Source: a bacterium
GTDB lineage: Bacteria; Hinthialibacterota; Hinthialibacteria; Hinthialibacterales; Hinthialibacteraceae
Assembly: GCA_963663405.2 (NCBI GenBank)
Contig: CAXXSM010000132.1
Coordinates: 1-64,000 of the forward strand
Reading direction: 5' to 3'
DNA: 64,000 nucleotides
Shown here: piece after piece, positions 9,953 through 18,869 of the stretch
Position numbering within the stretch: the stretch's first letter is position 1
Layout of the letters: the number at the start of each line of letters is the position of its first letter
Notes under the pieces: model-generated
The model's input: only the letters and a program-made list of their open reading frames with translations
Told to the model about the DNA's origin: nothing
Database searches by the model: none
Made by a program: the position numbers and the translations under genes

Positions 9953-11763
9953 GACCGTCCTCCTTCCTCGTTTAATTCAATGACGCATTCGGCCCGTCCC
10001 GCAAGGGCGGAGATGACTTCCAATTTGACTTGGGCGCCCGGTTTGGCTTTGATAAGGTAATGCGTTTCGGTTGCAGCGCCGCCTTCTAAGGGACCAAGGA
10101 TCGTCCGCTTGCGTCCGGCGAGGATCGACTCATTCGGAAGATCGATTTCGAGACGGGTGGGGAGGATCTCCCGCGTCCGCTCTTCATGCGCGAGGACGGT
10201 GGGTAAATAGCCATCGTTTTTCACATACGCCCGGATATCATACACACCGGCGCCGAGGTGTTTGACTTTGACATCTTCGATGACGATTTTGGGATGTTTT
10301 CCCGCCAGTTGAATGAGAAATTCTGTCTCTTTCGCTTTTAGATCCGGTAGAAGATTTAACGGCGGAACTTTCTTTGCATAAGGGAAGAAACCGCCGATTT
10401 CCACTTTCTGGCCTGGAAAGTCTGGATGTTCGATCTCTTGCCGCCAGGGTAGGAATGAATCGAGTAAACCTTCGGGGCGTTCCTCCAGCCATTTCAAATA
10501 GTCCCGCTCCGTTTTCGCCCGATCATCTTCGTCTTTTTTCTTCTCATCTTTTTTCTCTTCCGTGTCTTTGTTCTTCTTCGATTCGTCCTCGGTATCTTTT
10601 TCGTCCTCGTTCTCTTCGTCCTTCTCTTTTTTCTTTAAGGCGAGGGCGATTTCGGGACTCCAAACGGGGGCGCTGAGAGAGAGGCGGCCCCGGTGGAAAT
10701 ACATCCAGTTGGAAAACGATCCTGGTGTGGGATCGGTTTGAATCTCTTTCCCGATCTCCAGGATTTCGCGATAGTCCTTCCCCAATTGTTCATAGTATTT
10801 TGCGTCTTCAGTTCGGATTTTCGTCTGGGCGTCCCGGTCTTTTGAACGATCGCCGGATTCGGGTTTTTTCAACAGATTACTTTGACTTTCAAATGTAAAC
10901 ACAATCCCGATATGGGGATGGGAGACCACGAATTCCGCGAGCGCCCGCGTCTCATTTTCACTCATTTGATGAATCCCCGCTTGTGGATCGAACCAGGGGT
11001 AATCGAACGGGAAGTTCTTGTTAAAATTGACGCCTTCAATACCGTCTTCATTGATTTTTTCATCCCCATCGTTGTCTTTGCCTTCAGTTATCAGGAGCCA
11101 TTTCCCTTGTTCACCTTTAATTGGGTCCGCTTCGACAAGGATACGGTTATCATCGGGATGGGAGATGTATTTGCCTTTCGGATCTTCGATCCGTATCCAG
11201 GAGATGATCCCATCGTGGTTGAGATCGTCCGGACCGTCTTCATCGATCAAACCGTCGTTGTCATTATCGAACGGTTTAAGATTAGCGCTGGTTTCGAATT
11301 GGGGCGTTTCATAATACCGTTTCGCGCTGTCCGGATTCAGGCAGGGAATGATATAGATCGATGTGGTTTCCAGCAGCGGACGGATTTCTTCAGACTCATT
11401 TCGCTCGCAGAGTGATTCGGCGAAGGCCATCGCGGCTTCCATTCCCGGCAGGTCATCGCCTTCGATCCCGGCGACAACCAGCATGGCGGGATTCTGAAGC
11501 CGGACGCTCTCGTCTCCAAAACCAATGTCCAACAACCATACATTTCTCCCTTGCGTTGATTTCGCTAGAGTGGAGAGACGGACAAAATCGGGATGTTCGC
11601 GCGCGAGAGACTGGATGGACGCGGAGAGTTCTTCACAGGTGGATATTTTGTTAGGATCGGGGGCAAATGGATTCGATTCTGATGAATCCGCGGCGGAAAC
11701 ATGACTTGACAGCCATAAACTGATTCCGAGTGAAAGATAGAAAATACGGGTGAGATGAATCAC
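9949..11763 (-). CDS. M14 carboxypeptidase paralogue with degenerate active site
   Basis: Colinear with the neighbour but IEGDD, NKN, FES, APVW at the catalytic positions; 4-nt overlap with the downstream gene. Confidence 0.8.
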   Translation of the reverse strand: MIHLTRIFYLSLGISLWLSSHVSAADSSESNPFAPDPNKISTCEELSASIQSLAREHPDFVRLSTLAKSTQGRNVWLLDIGFGDESVRLQNPAMLVVAGIEGDDLPGMEAAMAFAESLCERNESEEIRPLLETTSIYIIPCLNPDSAKRYYETPQFETSANLKPFDNDNDGLIDEDGPDDLNHDGIISWIRIEDPKGKYISHPDDNRILVEADPIKGEQGKWLLITEGKDNDGDEKINEDGIEGVNFNKNFPFDYPWFDPQAGIHQMSENETRALAEFVVSHPHIGIVFTFESQSNLLKKPESGDRSKDRDAQTKIRTEDAKYYEQLGKDYREILEIGKEIQTDPTPGSFSNWMYFHRGRLSLSAPVWSPEIALALKKKEKDEENEDEKDTEDESKKNKDTEEKKDEKKKDEDDRAKTERDYLKWLEERPEGLLDSFLPWRQEIEHPDFPGQKVEIGGFFPYAKKVPPLNLLPDLKAKETEFLIQLAGKHPKIVIEDVKVKHLGAGVYDIRAYVKNDGYLPTVLAHEERTREILPTRLEIDLPNESILAGRKRTILGPLEGGAATETHYLIKAKPGAQVKLEVISALAGRAECVIELNEEGGRS

Positions 11764-12065
11764 GAAATTACTCCGTTCAGTGAGTTGGGAACTCCCGGTC
11801 AGACCTATTGAAACGTGATTATGAATCGGGATAGCGCCGGGAAAAGTCCATGCATTCTACCATACAGTAAAGACCGGAGCAATTCCCCTGCGGCTTGCAT
11901 AAATGGGAAGATCGTGTTAGAAATGTGTTCGGTTTTAATCCTTTTGAAGACGAATCGTCTACTGTTTTTGTATATCACGCCGGATATATGTTTCCCTTCC
12001 ATGTGAGGGAAGGGAATTGGGAATCGAGAACGAAAACACCATACACCTCACAGGAGGTTCTTTTC

Positions 12066-14063
12066 ATGCCAGATCTTTCAAATTCAAATAATCTTCCTGA
12101 ACGAGAATATTGGGGAACCAAAATTGGAGTTATTCTTGCGGTGGCGGGCAGCGCTGTAGGATTGGGGAATTTTTTACGGTTTCCAGGAATCGCGATCCAG
12201 AACGGCGGGGGGGCTTTCATGGTCCCCTATTTTCTTGCGTTTCTTCTGCTGGGGATTCCGGTTTGCTGGGCGGAATGGATTATGGGCCGCCGGGGGGGGC
12301 GGCTTTCCGGTCTTTCTTCTTCACCCGGTTTGTTTGGCGTATTGACGAAGGGGAAAAAGATCCGCTATTTAGGCGCGCTGGGATTGTTTGTCCCCGTCGT
12401 GATTTATATGTATTACGTCTATGTCGAATCCTGGTGTCTTGCGTATACCTGGTTTTCATTGAGCGGCGCGTTGAATTTAAAGGATGTAGCGGGGGAAGAT
12501 ATCTACACGCAGTTTTACCAGGAATTCATCGGCAGCTATAAAGGCGAGCCTCTCTTCTTTTCAACGATCGCGTTTGGGTATACGTGCTTTATGATTACCT
12601 TCGCCTTTAATTTCTACTTGATCTACCGGGGGCTGTCCCGTGGGATCGAGAAATTCTGCCGTGTGGCGATGCCATTATTGGTTGTGATGGCGATGATTCT
12701 GGTCTTGCGGGTTGTGACGCTGGGCGCGCCGAATCCGGATCTGCCCGAACAGAGTTTCATCAATGGATTGGGGTATATGTGGAATCCCCATTGGGAGCAG
12801 CTCCAAGATCCCAAGGTCTGGTTGAACGCCTGTGGGCAGATTTTCTTCTCGCTTTCGGTTGGATTTGGAATCATTGTCACATACGCCAGTTATTTGACAA
12901 AGAAAGACGATGTGGTGTTGTCCGGCCTATCCGCCAGCGCGACCAATGAATTCTGTGAGGTGTGTTTGGGTGGTTTGATTGTCATTCCCGCCGCGATGAT
13001 CTTTTTAGGCGCCTCGCAGATGGAAACCGTCGCAAACGCGGGAACCTTCAGCATGGGTTTTGTCGTCATGCCGAACATTTTCGATCTAATGCCCGCAGGG
13101 CAATGGTTCAGCGCCTGTTTCTATTTCCTTCTCTTCTTGGCGGGAGTGACCTCATCGCTGTCGATGCTGCAACCGGCGATCGCCTTCTTTGAAGAAGGCT
13201 TTGGATTGAACCGTCGGACCTCCGTCACGCTTCTTTTCTTTCTCACGTTTATGGGCTCCAACGCTGTCATCCTCTCACCGGGCACAACGGTGATGGATAC
13301 CGTCGACAATTACGCCTCCAATATCGGGATTCCGTTATTGGCGTTGTTCGAGGTGATTGTCTTTATTTTCGTATTGAAGGTAGCGAATGGAATTAAGGAG
13401 GCGTCGTATGGGGCTGATATGAAAATTCCCAAGTTTTTTGGATTTGTCATTACGTATATCACCCCTATCTTCTTAGTCGCCATTATTGGTTGGTGGGTCT
13501 ATGATACGATTGAATCAAGGAATGATTTCTTCAATGATAATAAGGCCGGCGTCGCTCTCGTTCTCGCGGATGGCACGGAAAACGATCTGTCGGATGTGAC
13601 GGATTGGAACGCGCTGAAGGATCGTATCAGCCAGCTGCCATCCCAATCCTACTCCAAAGCCGCGCAAACGGAGATGGCGAAAATGAATGAGCTGATCGAC
13701 GAAAATCAGGGCGCCGGGGAGATCGATGAAGACTTGCTGGCCGAAACGAAAAGTGAACTGACGTTGATTGTGATGGAGAACGCCGATACAAAACTGGCGG
13801 GCAGCGCTGATCTGCTGTCGTTGAAAAAATATATCGATGAGACGTCCACCACGGCTTTTTCAGAGGAATCCAAAGAACAATTTACCAAAATTACAGAAGC
13901 CGTCGCGGAAGAGATCCGAGCGAAACCCTACCGGCTGGTCACGATTTTAATCATGATCGGATTCTTTATATTCTTGCTTCTTCTGCAAAAACAGGCGTGG
14001 CCGCGCATGCGCCGGACATATCAAGCCTATAAACAAGCGCTGGGACCGGATGAATTGGATTAA
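12066..14063 (+). CDS. Sodium-dependent transporter, NSS/SNF (LeuT-like) family
   Basis: GSAVGLGNFLRFP, NGGGAF, GQIFFSLSVGFG, AGVTSSLS; GGAGG 8 nt before ATG 12066. Confidence 0.92.
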   Translation: MPDLSNSNNLPEREYWGTKIGVILAVAGSAVGLGNFLRFPGIAIQNGGGAFMVPYFLAFLLLGIPVCWAEWIMGRRGGRLSGLSSSPGLFGVLTKGKKIRYLGALGLFVPVVIYMYYVYVESWCLAYTWFSLSGALNLKDVAGEDIYTQFYQEFIGSYKGEPLFFSTIAFGYTCFMITFAFNFYLIYRGLSRGIEKFCRVAMPLLVVMAMILVLRVVTLGAPNPDLPEQSFINGLGYMWNPHWEQLQDPKVWLNACGQIFFSLSVGFGIIVTYASYLTKKDDVVLSGLSASATNEFCEVCLGGLIVIPAAMIFLGASQMETVANAGTFSMGFVVMPNIFDLMPAGQWFSACFYFLLFLAGVTSSLSMLQPAIAFFEEGFGLNRRTSVTLLFFLTFMGSNAVILSPGTTVMDTVDNYASNIGIPLLALFEVIVFIFVLKVANGIKEASYGADMKIPKFFGFVITYITPIFLVAIIGWWVYDTIESRNDFFNDNKAGVALVLADGTENDLSDVTDWNALKDRISQLPSQSYSKAAQTEMAKMNELIDENQGAGEIDEDLLAETKSELTLIVMENADTKLAGSADLLSLKKYIDETSTTAFSEESKEQFTKITEAVAEEIRAKPYRLVTILIMIGFFIFLLLLQKQAWPRMRRTYQAYKQALGPDELD

Positions 14064-14137
14064 CCGGGATTTGACGGATACGATGTATACTGGATTGGGA
14101 ACGCAATCGAAGTTTGTGTAAGAAGAAAGGCATAATA

Positions 14138-14317
14138 ATGGAACCACTTGGATGGATTATCTTTATCGTTTCGAATGTGATCGTACTCAGTTTGACGGGA
14201 TTCTGTTTTTACCGGGTGTTGGCGATTCCAAGAGAACACATTCATTCGCCTTTGGATATTGACACCAAGGACCTTAGCGCGGAAGAATTGGATGAGGAGA
14301 ATCAGAACGGCCTGTAG
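14138..14317 (+). CDS. Small single-pass membrane protein (59 aa), possible NSS accessory subunit
   Basis: GAAAGG RBS; one TM helix plus acidic tail; immediately downstream of the NSS gene. Confidence 0.6.
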   Translation: MEPLGWIIFIVSNVIVLSLTGFCFYRVLAIPREHIHSPLDIDTKDLSAEELDEENQNGL

Positions 14318-14318
14318 G

Positions 14319-14972
14319 CTACATCGAACGTATGAGACCGACAACAACGCCGAGAATGCCGACGTCCTGGCCGAACTCGATCCCACCGCGATCAGGAATG
14401 CGAATCGGGGGATAGGCGGGATTTTCCGCTTGTAAGATAATCTCGTCTTTTTTCCGGTAATACCGTTTAACCGTCGCTTCGTCATCCATCCGGGCGACGA
14501 CGATATCGCCTTCATTCGCGTCATTCTGCGGCCGGACAACGACTACGTCACCATCGAGAATCCCCGCGTTGATCATACTGTCACCCGTCACGCGCAGCCC
14601 GAATAAATCCGGTTTTTTCGCGCGATCGCCGAAGTACTTGGCGTCGACGCCGATCTCGTCTTCCCGCATGTCCGGTGAGGCGAAGTTAAATGGACCGGCG
14701 GGGATCTGGCCTAAGAGGGGCATTGGGTAGAGTTTTTGGGCGCTTGCAGATTTTTTGGAGGCGCCAATGAGCCTCACCCCCCGCGAGGTATAGCGTTTCA
14801 CTTCCAGAAATCCCAATTGTTTCAATCGCTGAATGTGGTAACGCGCGCCATTCGTCGAGGAAAAACTAAACTTCTCGCAAATATCCCGTAACGTAGGAGG
14901 ATAGCCCCGGTTGGTAATGGATCGTTCGATAAAGTCGAGAATCTTGCGCTGGGTGCGTGTCAGTTCGGCCAT
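14319..14972 (-). CDS. lexA: SOS repressor LexA
   Basis: LTRTQRKIL...GYPPTLRDI winged HTH; Ala-Gly site IPAG; GDSM (Ser) and ATVKR (Lys); GGAGG RBS. Confidence 0.95.
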   Translation of the reverse strand: MAELTRTQRKILDFIERSITNRGYPPTLRDICEKFSFSSTNGARYHIQRLKQLGFLEVKRYTSRGVRLIGASKKSASAQKLYPMPLLGQIPAGPFNFASPDMREDEIGVDAKYFGDRAKKPDLFGLRVTGDSMINAGILDGDVVVVRPQNDANEGDIVVARMDDEATVKRYYRKKDEIILQAENPAYPPIRIPDRGGIEFGQDVGILGVVVGLIRSM

Positions 14973-15002
14973 TAGATGAACCTCCATCAAAGCGGCGGCA
15001 TA

Positions 15003-15055
15003 GACAGTGAACGTATGTACAATTCATACTATATTGCCCATTTGTTCACTGTCAA
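15003..15055 (-). promoter_or_regulatory. lexA sigma70-type promoter with candidate LexA operator(s)
   Basis: Minus strand TTGACA-N16-TATAGT; GAAC-GTAT-GTAC at 15009-15020; inverted repeat GACAGTGAAC (15003-15012) / GTTCACTGTC (15044-15053). Confidence 0.65.
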
Positions 15056-15100
15056 GTCAAAGATTTGGTTTTTTGAATTTTTTGGAGACCATAAGACTGA

Positions 15101-15168
15101 GGAGTTATGGATTCAATGGGGGGATGATTGGTCTATGAGTCCGGTAAGGTAGTTTGGATTGACGTACG
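15101..15168. repeat. ~70 bp direct repeat, copy 1
   Basis: GGAGTTATGGATTCAATGGGGGGATGATTGGTCTATGAGTCCGGTAAGGTAGTTTGGATTGACGTACG aligns end to end with 16157-16227. Confidence 0.85.
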
Positions 15169-15247
15169 GATAGGTTGAGTTGTTTTTTATTCATCCTGCG
15201 AGCTGGTCTTGTTACCCGAAAGTATATATTTTTAAAGATGCCATTTT

Positions 15248-15958
15248 CTATTTTCCAGATCGATACGATTTCAGCTCGCTGATTACTACACGGGCGGGTT
15301 TGAGAGTATTTCCATTTGGATCCAACAACGCTTCGTACTGAATGACTTCTTTCACCAAACCAATCTTTCTGTCATACCATTGATCTGTTTGACTCACCGA
15401 TAAATCTCCTTTTTTTGGATTGCCTACTCGCGCGCTTTTCTTGATTGAAATTCGTTTGCATTTATGGAATGTTCCAGCGGGTACTGTGATATCCTCATCC
15501 GGCAAGCGCTTGGTTGTGCGTTCGATATAGATTTTTACAGCGTTTTTCTGTTTCAATTTTGAATGATAGGTGGTTATGTCCTTGACGGATTTCTCTTCTT
15601 TTTCCTGAAGTGAGAGAGGGCTTTCAACCGGTGGATTGATCTTGACTGTCACGTTGTCTCCATCGGCTCTCACTTCATGGAGCGCGTTGGTATTCACGGA
15701 GATATATTCCATCGCCGCCGCGCCGTCTTGCGAATAATGATCTTTGACGATCCAACATTCAATGTCATTCACTTTCTCTTTCTTCAACACGGAGCGTGTG
15801 CGGATTCCCTCTTTATCCAGTTTGTGCCACTCACTGCCTCCATTGTTTTCGTATACCCAGGTTTGGCCGATTTGATAGGGAAAGAGATCTTCCGCGTGAG
15901 CGGTCAAACACCAACCCACAATTAAAACCGGCGCCAATCCATAAACGAATGATCTCAT
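15248..15958 (-). CDS. Secreted hypothetical protein (DUF3108/TapB-like)
   Basis: Signal peptide ending AHA; EDITVPAGTF..C and WYDRKIGLVKE motifs; GGAG RBS. Confidence 0.65.
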   Translation of the reverse strand: MRSFVYGLAPVLIVGWCLTAHAEDLFPYQIGQTWVYENNGGSEWHKLDKEGIRTRSVLKKEKVNDIECWIVKDHYSQDGAAAMEYISVNTNALHEVRADGDNVTVKINPPVESPLSLQEKEEKSVKDITTYHSKLKQKNAVKIYIERTTKRLPDEDITVPAGTFHKCKRISIKKSARVGNPKKGDLSVSQTDQWYDRKIGLVKEVIQYEALLDPNGNTLKPARVVISELKSYRSGK

Positions 15959-16156
15959 TCTCTTTTCTCCTTTTGCTCTGTTAAACGCTTGTTTTTAGGT
16001 TGCTATATATAAAGTACTTTATATTATAAATTAATCATTGTAAATAGTCTCCCCATAAAAAAGAGAATTTTTTTTCCTCATGTTTGGATTCGATGCATGA
16101 TGTTCGCCACGTACACTTGCGGCAATCTATCCGTATATGGCGGACAGTAAAATTGG

Positions 16157-16227
16157 GGAGTTGTGGATAAAAATGGGGGGAAATGATTGGTATATGTGTA
16201 CAGTAAGGTTCTTTGGATTGGCGTACG
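16157..16227. repeat. ~70 bp direct repeat, copy 2
   Basis: GGAGTTGTGGATAAAAATGGGGGGAAATGATTGGTATATGTGTACAGTAAGGTTCTTTGGATTGGCGTACG. Confidence 0.85.
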
Positions 16228-16299
16228 TCAGTGATGGGCTGCGCTTTAAGGCAATAGTAAAGGCAGCGCAAACGCCGATGTTACTTTGCCGCCCAGTGA

Positions 16300-18642
16300 T
16301 TATCGTTGTTGATCTTCTTGGATTGTGTTTCCCGGCGTTAACTCTTTTCCGGCCAATCCAACATAGTCCACAGCGTAGCGGCGTGTCATGAACATTCCAC
16401 CGCCTCCTGGGCCACCACCAGGACCGCCGCCCGGTCCACCAAATCCACCCGGTCCACCCCCTGGTCCACCGGGGCCACCACCACCAGGTCCTCTACGTCC
16501 TCCCCGGCCGCCAAATCCTCTAGGACCGCCGGGTCCTCTCATTCCTTGCGGAGGTCCATCGGGGATTTCATCTCCTTTAAGAACGCCATCGTTGTCTTTG
16601 TCGAGTTCTTTGAAACTATCCTCATCGATGAAAGGCATTGCAGTGGCTTCTTGCAACGTGACCTGTCCATCGTTGTTTGAATCTAATTCGAAGGGAGGCC
16701 GGTCACCTCGATCCCGTCTTAGACGATCCCAATCCCGGCCGCGCATTCCTGGACCTCGCTGGCCCCGGCCGGCTCCTGGACCGAACATTCCAAACATCCC
16801 CGGCGGAGGGCCATCCGGCAGTTCATCTTCGGTGAGAAAACCATCGTTGTCTTTATCCTGCTGTTTAAAGAATTCCCCGCTGAAAAAAGGCATATTTTTC
16901 GTTTCGTCCAGTGATAACTTTTTATCTTTATTTCTGTCAAACATGGCGATGGGAGAGCCTCCAGGTCCTCCGCCGGGAAAACCGGGGAAGTTCATTCCAG
17001 GAGGTGGGCCTTTTGGAAATTCGTCTTCGGTGAGAAATCCGTCTTTGTTTTTATCCAATTCTTTTACAAAATCTTCGTTAAAGAAGGGGATTTCTTTGGC
17101 TTCCTCGAGTGAGACTTTTCCATCGTTATCCTTGTCGAACATTTCCATAGGAGGTCTTCCCATCCCGCCAGGACCAAAGGGAAAACCACCGCCGCTGGAC
17201 ACGAGGTAATTCCAGACCTTTTCTCCATCGGCGGTCACTTCGATCACATCTCCACTATTTCCACTGCAGATCAAAGTATTCCCATTGCCAAGACGTTGGA
17301 CGCTGGAAAGGAACGGGGAATATAAGTCGCTTTTATTAGGCGCTGAATATGTCCATATGGGTAAATCCGGCCCAAAGGGTTCGCCCGGTTCCCGGATGTA
17401 ATTTCCATCTTCATCGAGCGGGGGAACAATTTCGTCCACCGAAGAATAATCGCCTTTAAAACGGCCACGGCCGTTGTTATAGACCAGAAGATGACCAGCG
17501 CCCGGCAATCCAGGCTTGATCCATTGGACGTCGTGCTGCGAGAAGAGTTGCTGGTCTTCCAGAATTCCTGCGCCGTACGCCATAGGATTGCCCCACCGGT
17601 AAAGCAGGTCGCCGCCTTTTCCACGTTTCCCACCTGTATGGCCAGCGGCTTCTTTCGTTGTTGTGCTATGATCGATGACCCAGATTTCACTAAATCCAAG
17701 AACGCTCAGCGCGATCTGATCCAGTTCTGGATTATACGAAACAGCGTTGGTATGATTGAAATCACCATGCATAGGATTAAACATATTACCGCCGCCAGGA
17801 CCGCCATGATGATCGTCCGAATCTGAATCGCTCGATCCACTGATATAACCCAACGCTTTCAATTGATCGATATCTTCTTCACTGATGTCGATCATCCATT
17901 CGATGGGATTGATGTGAATCAGTTCCGGATGTTCCGCGACCTTTCCATAATTCTCTTTTTTGGGATCGTATTCTTGGATCAGATGATCCCAGACATGCCA
18001 TTCCCAAACGATTTCCCCGGTGGTTTTACCGGTTTTTTTGACTTCAATGATTTTATCAATCCAAAGATCGCCATTCCCCTGCACTTCGGGAGAGCGTCCC
18101 GCTTTGATGGCTTCTTCCGCGGTTTTTCGTTCCCATACGATCATCAATACATTGCCGTTGGGCATCTGATCAATGCCGTGATGAAGAAGATAGTTATCGC
18201 TGGAGTATTTGAAATCCCACACCAATTCCCCATCCCAAGTGTATTCCTGCACACGGCCGGTCGCTCCGCCACCGTGGAACGACTGATTGCCTCCTCCACC
18301 TGGGCCCATTGAGGAAACCGTTCTGAGCATATGACCGTTGGGGAGTAAATAGGCCGACATTCCGGAAGAATCGCATTCCCATTTATGTACAATCTTTCCA
18401 TCATTATCGATTAAATAGACTGTCGAGGACATCATGGGATTCATTAAGGTATATCCCTTGAACGCCTCAGGTTTATTCAATTTCAAACCCGTGTTACGAT
18501 CCGGTCCATCCGTGTTTTCGTCACTCGCTCGATCGGCTCGTGGAGAATTCTCTTCTCCCGCCCAGACGGTTTGGACTCCTCGATCGATCGCGAGGAGGAC
18601 GCTGAGCGCAAGTATTACTGTTAGCAGAATCTTTTTGGGCAT
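16300..18642 (-). CDS. Aryl-sulfate sulfotransferase (ASST) family protein with EF-hand / Gly-Pro-rich insert
   Basis: HHGIDQMPNGN, FNHTNAV, SQHDV, YNNG, RLGNGNTLI; six DxDxDG-type EF loops; signal peptide. Confidence 0.85.
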   Translation of the reverse strand: MPKKILLTVILALSVLLAIDRGVQTVWAGEENSPRADRASDENTDGPDRNTGLKLNKPEAFKGYTLMNPMMSSTVYLIDNDGKIVHKWECDSSGMSAYLLPNGHMLRTVSSMGPGGGGNQSFHGGGATGRVQEYTWDGELVWDFKYSSDNYLLHHGIDQMPNGNVLMIVWERKTAEEAIKAGRSPEVQGNGDLWIDKIIEVKKTGKTTGEIVWEWHVWDHLIQEYDPKKENYGKVAEHPELIHINPIEWMIDISEEDIDQLKALGYISGSSDSDSDDHHGGPGGGNMFNPMHGDFNHTNAVSYNPELDQIALSVLGFSEIWVIDHSTTTKEAAGHTGGKRGKGGDLLYRWGNPMAYGAGILEDQQLFSQHDVQWIKPGLPGAGHLLVYNNGRGRFKGDYSSVDEIVPPLDEDGNYIREPGEPFGPDLPIWTYSAPNKSDLYSPFLSSVQRLGNGNTLICSGNSGDVIEVTADGEKVWNYLVSSGGGFPFGPGGMGRPPMEMFDKDNDGKVSLEEAKEIPFFNEDFVKELDKNKDGFLTEDEFPKGPPPGMNFPGFPGGGPGGSPIAMFDRNKDKKLSLDETKNMPFFSGEFFKQQDKDNDGFLTEDELPDGPPPGMFGMFGPGAGRGQRGPGMRGRDWDRLRRDRGDRPPFELDSNNDGQVTLQEATAMPFIDEDSFKELDKDNDGVLKGDEIPDGPPQGMRGPGGPRGFGGRGGRRGPGGGGPGGPGGGPGGFGGPGGGPGGGPGGGGMFMTRRYAVDYVGLAGKELTPGNTIQEDQQR

Positions 18643-18775
18643 ATTCTCTCTCCATCTTTTTTTTGTTTCATCCCACGTGTAGAAACAACCTATTAAACGT
18701 ATTCATTGTGAGATTATTGTTTTTTTTTAGATGTATGTTTATTTGCAATATTTAATTATATAGTTCAACTAACAT

Positions 18776-18805
18776 GCCGCTTACAAAACTAGTATTGTAA
18801 GCGGC
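18776..18805 (-). terminator. Hairpin, probable terminator after the 18870-21197 gene
   Basis: Perfect 11-bp stem GCCGCTTACAA/TTGTAAGCGGC; weak U tract. Confidence 0.45.
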
Positions 18806-18869
18806 GGTGATGGATTACACTTATAACTTGTATTGAAGACAAAATATCCGGTTTATTAGAAATGGGATT

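Noticed and set aside
15101-16227. CRISPR array or integron attC sites
   Set aside because: Only two long diverged copies 1 kb apart, no inverted core sites, no cas or intI gene.
16388-17209. 273 aa Pro-rich ORF on the plus strand
   Set aside because: Antisense shadow of the Gly-rich ASST insert (GGN codons read as CCN).
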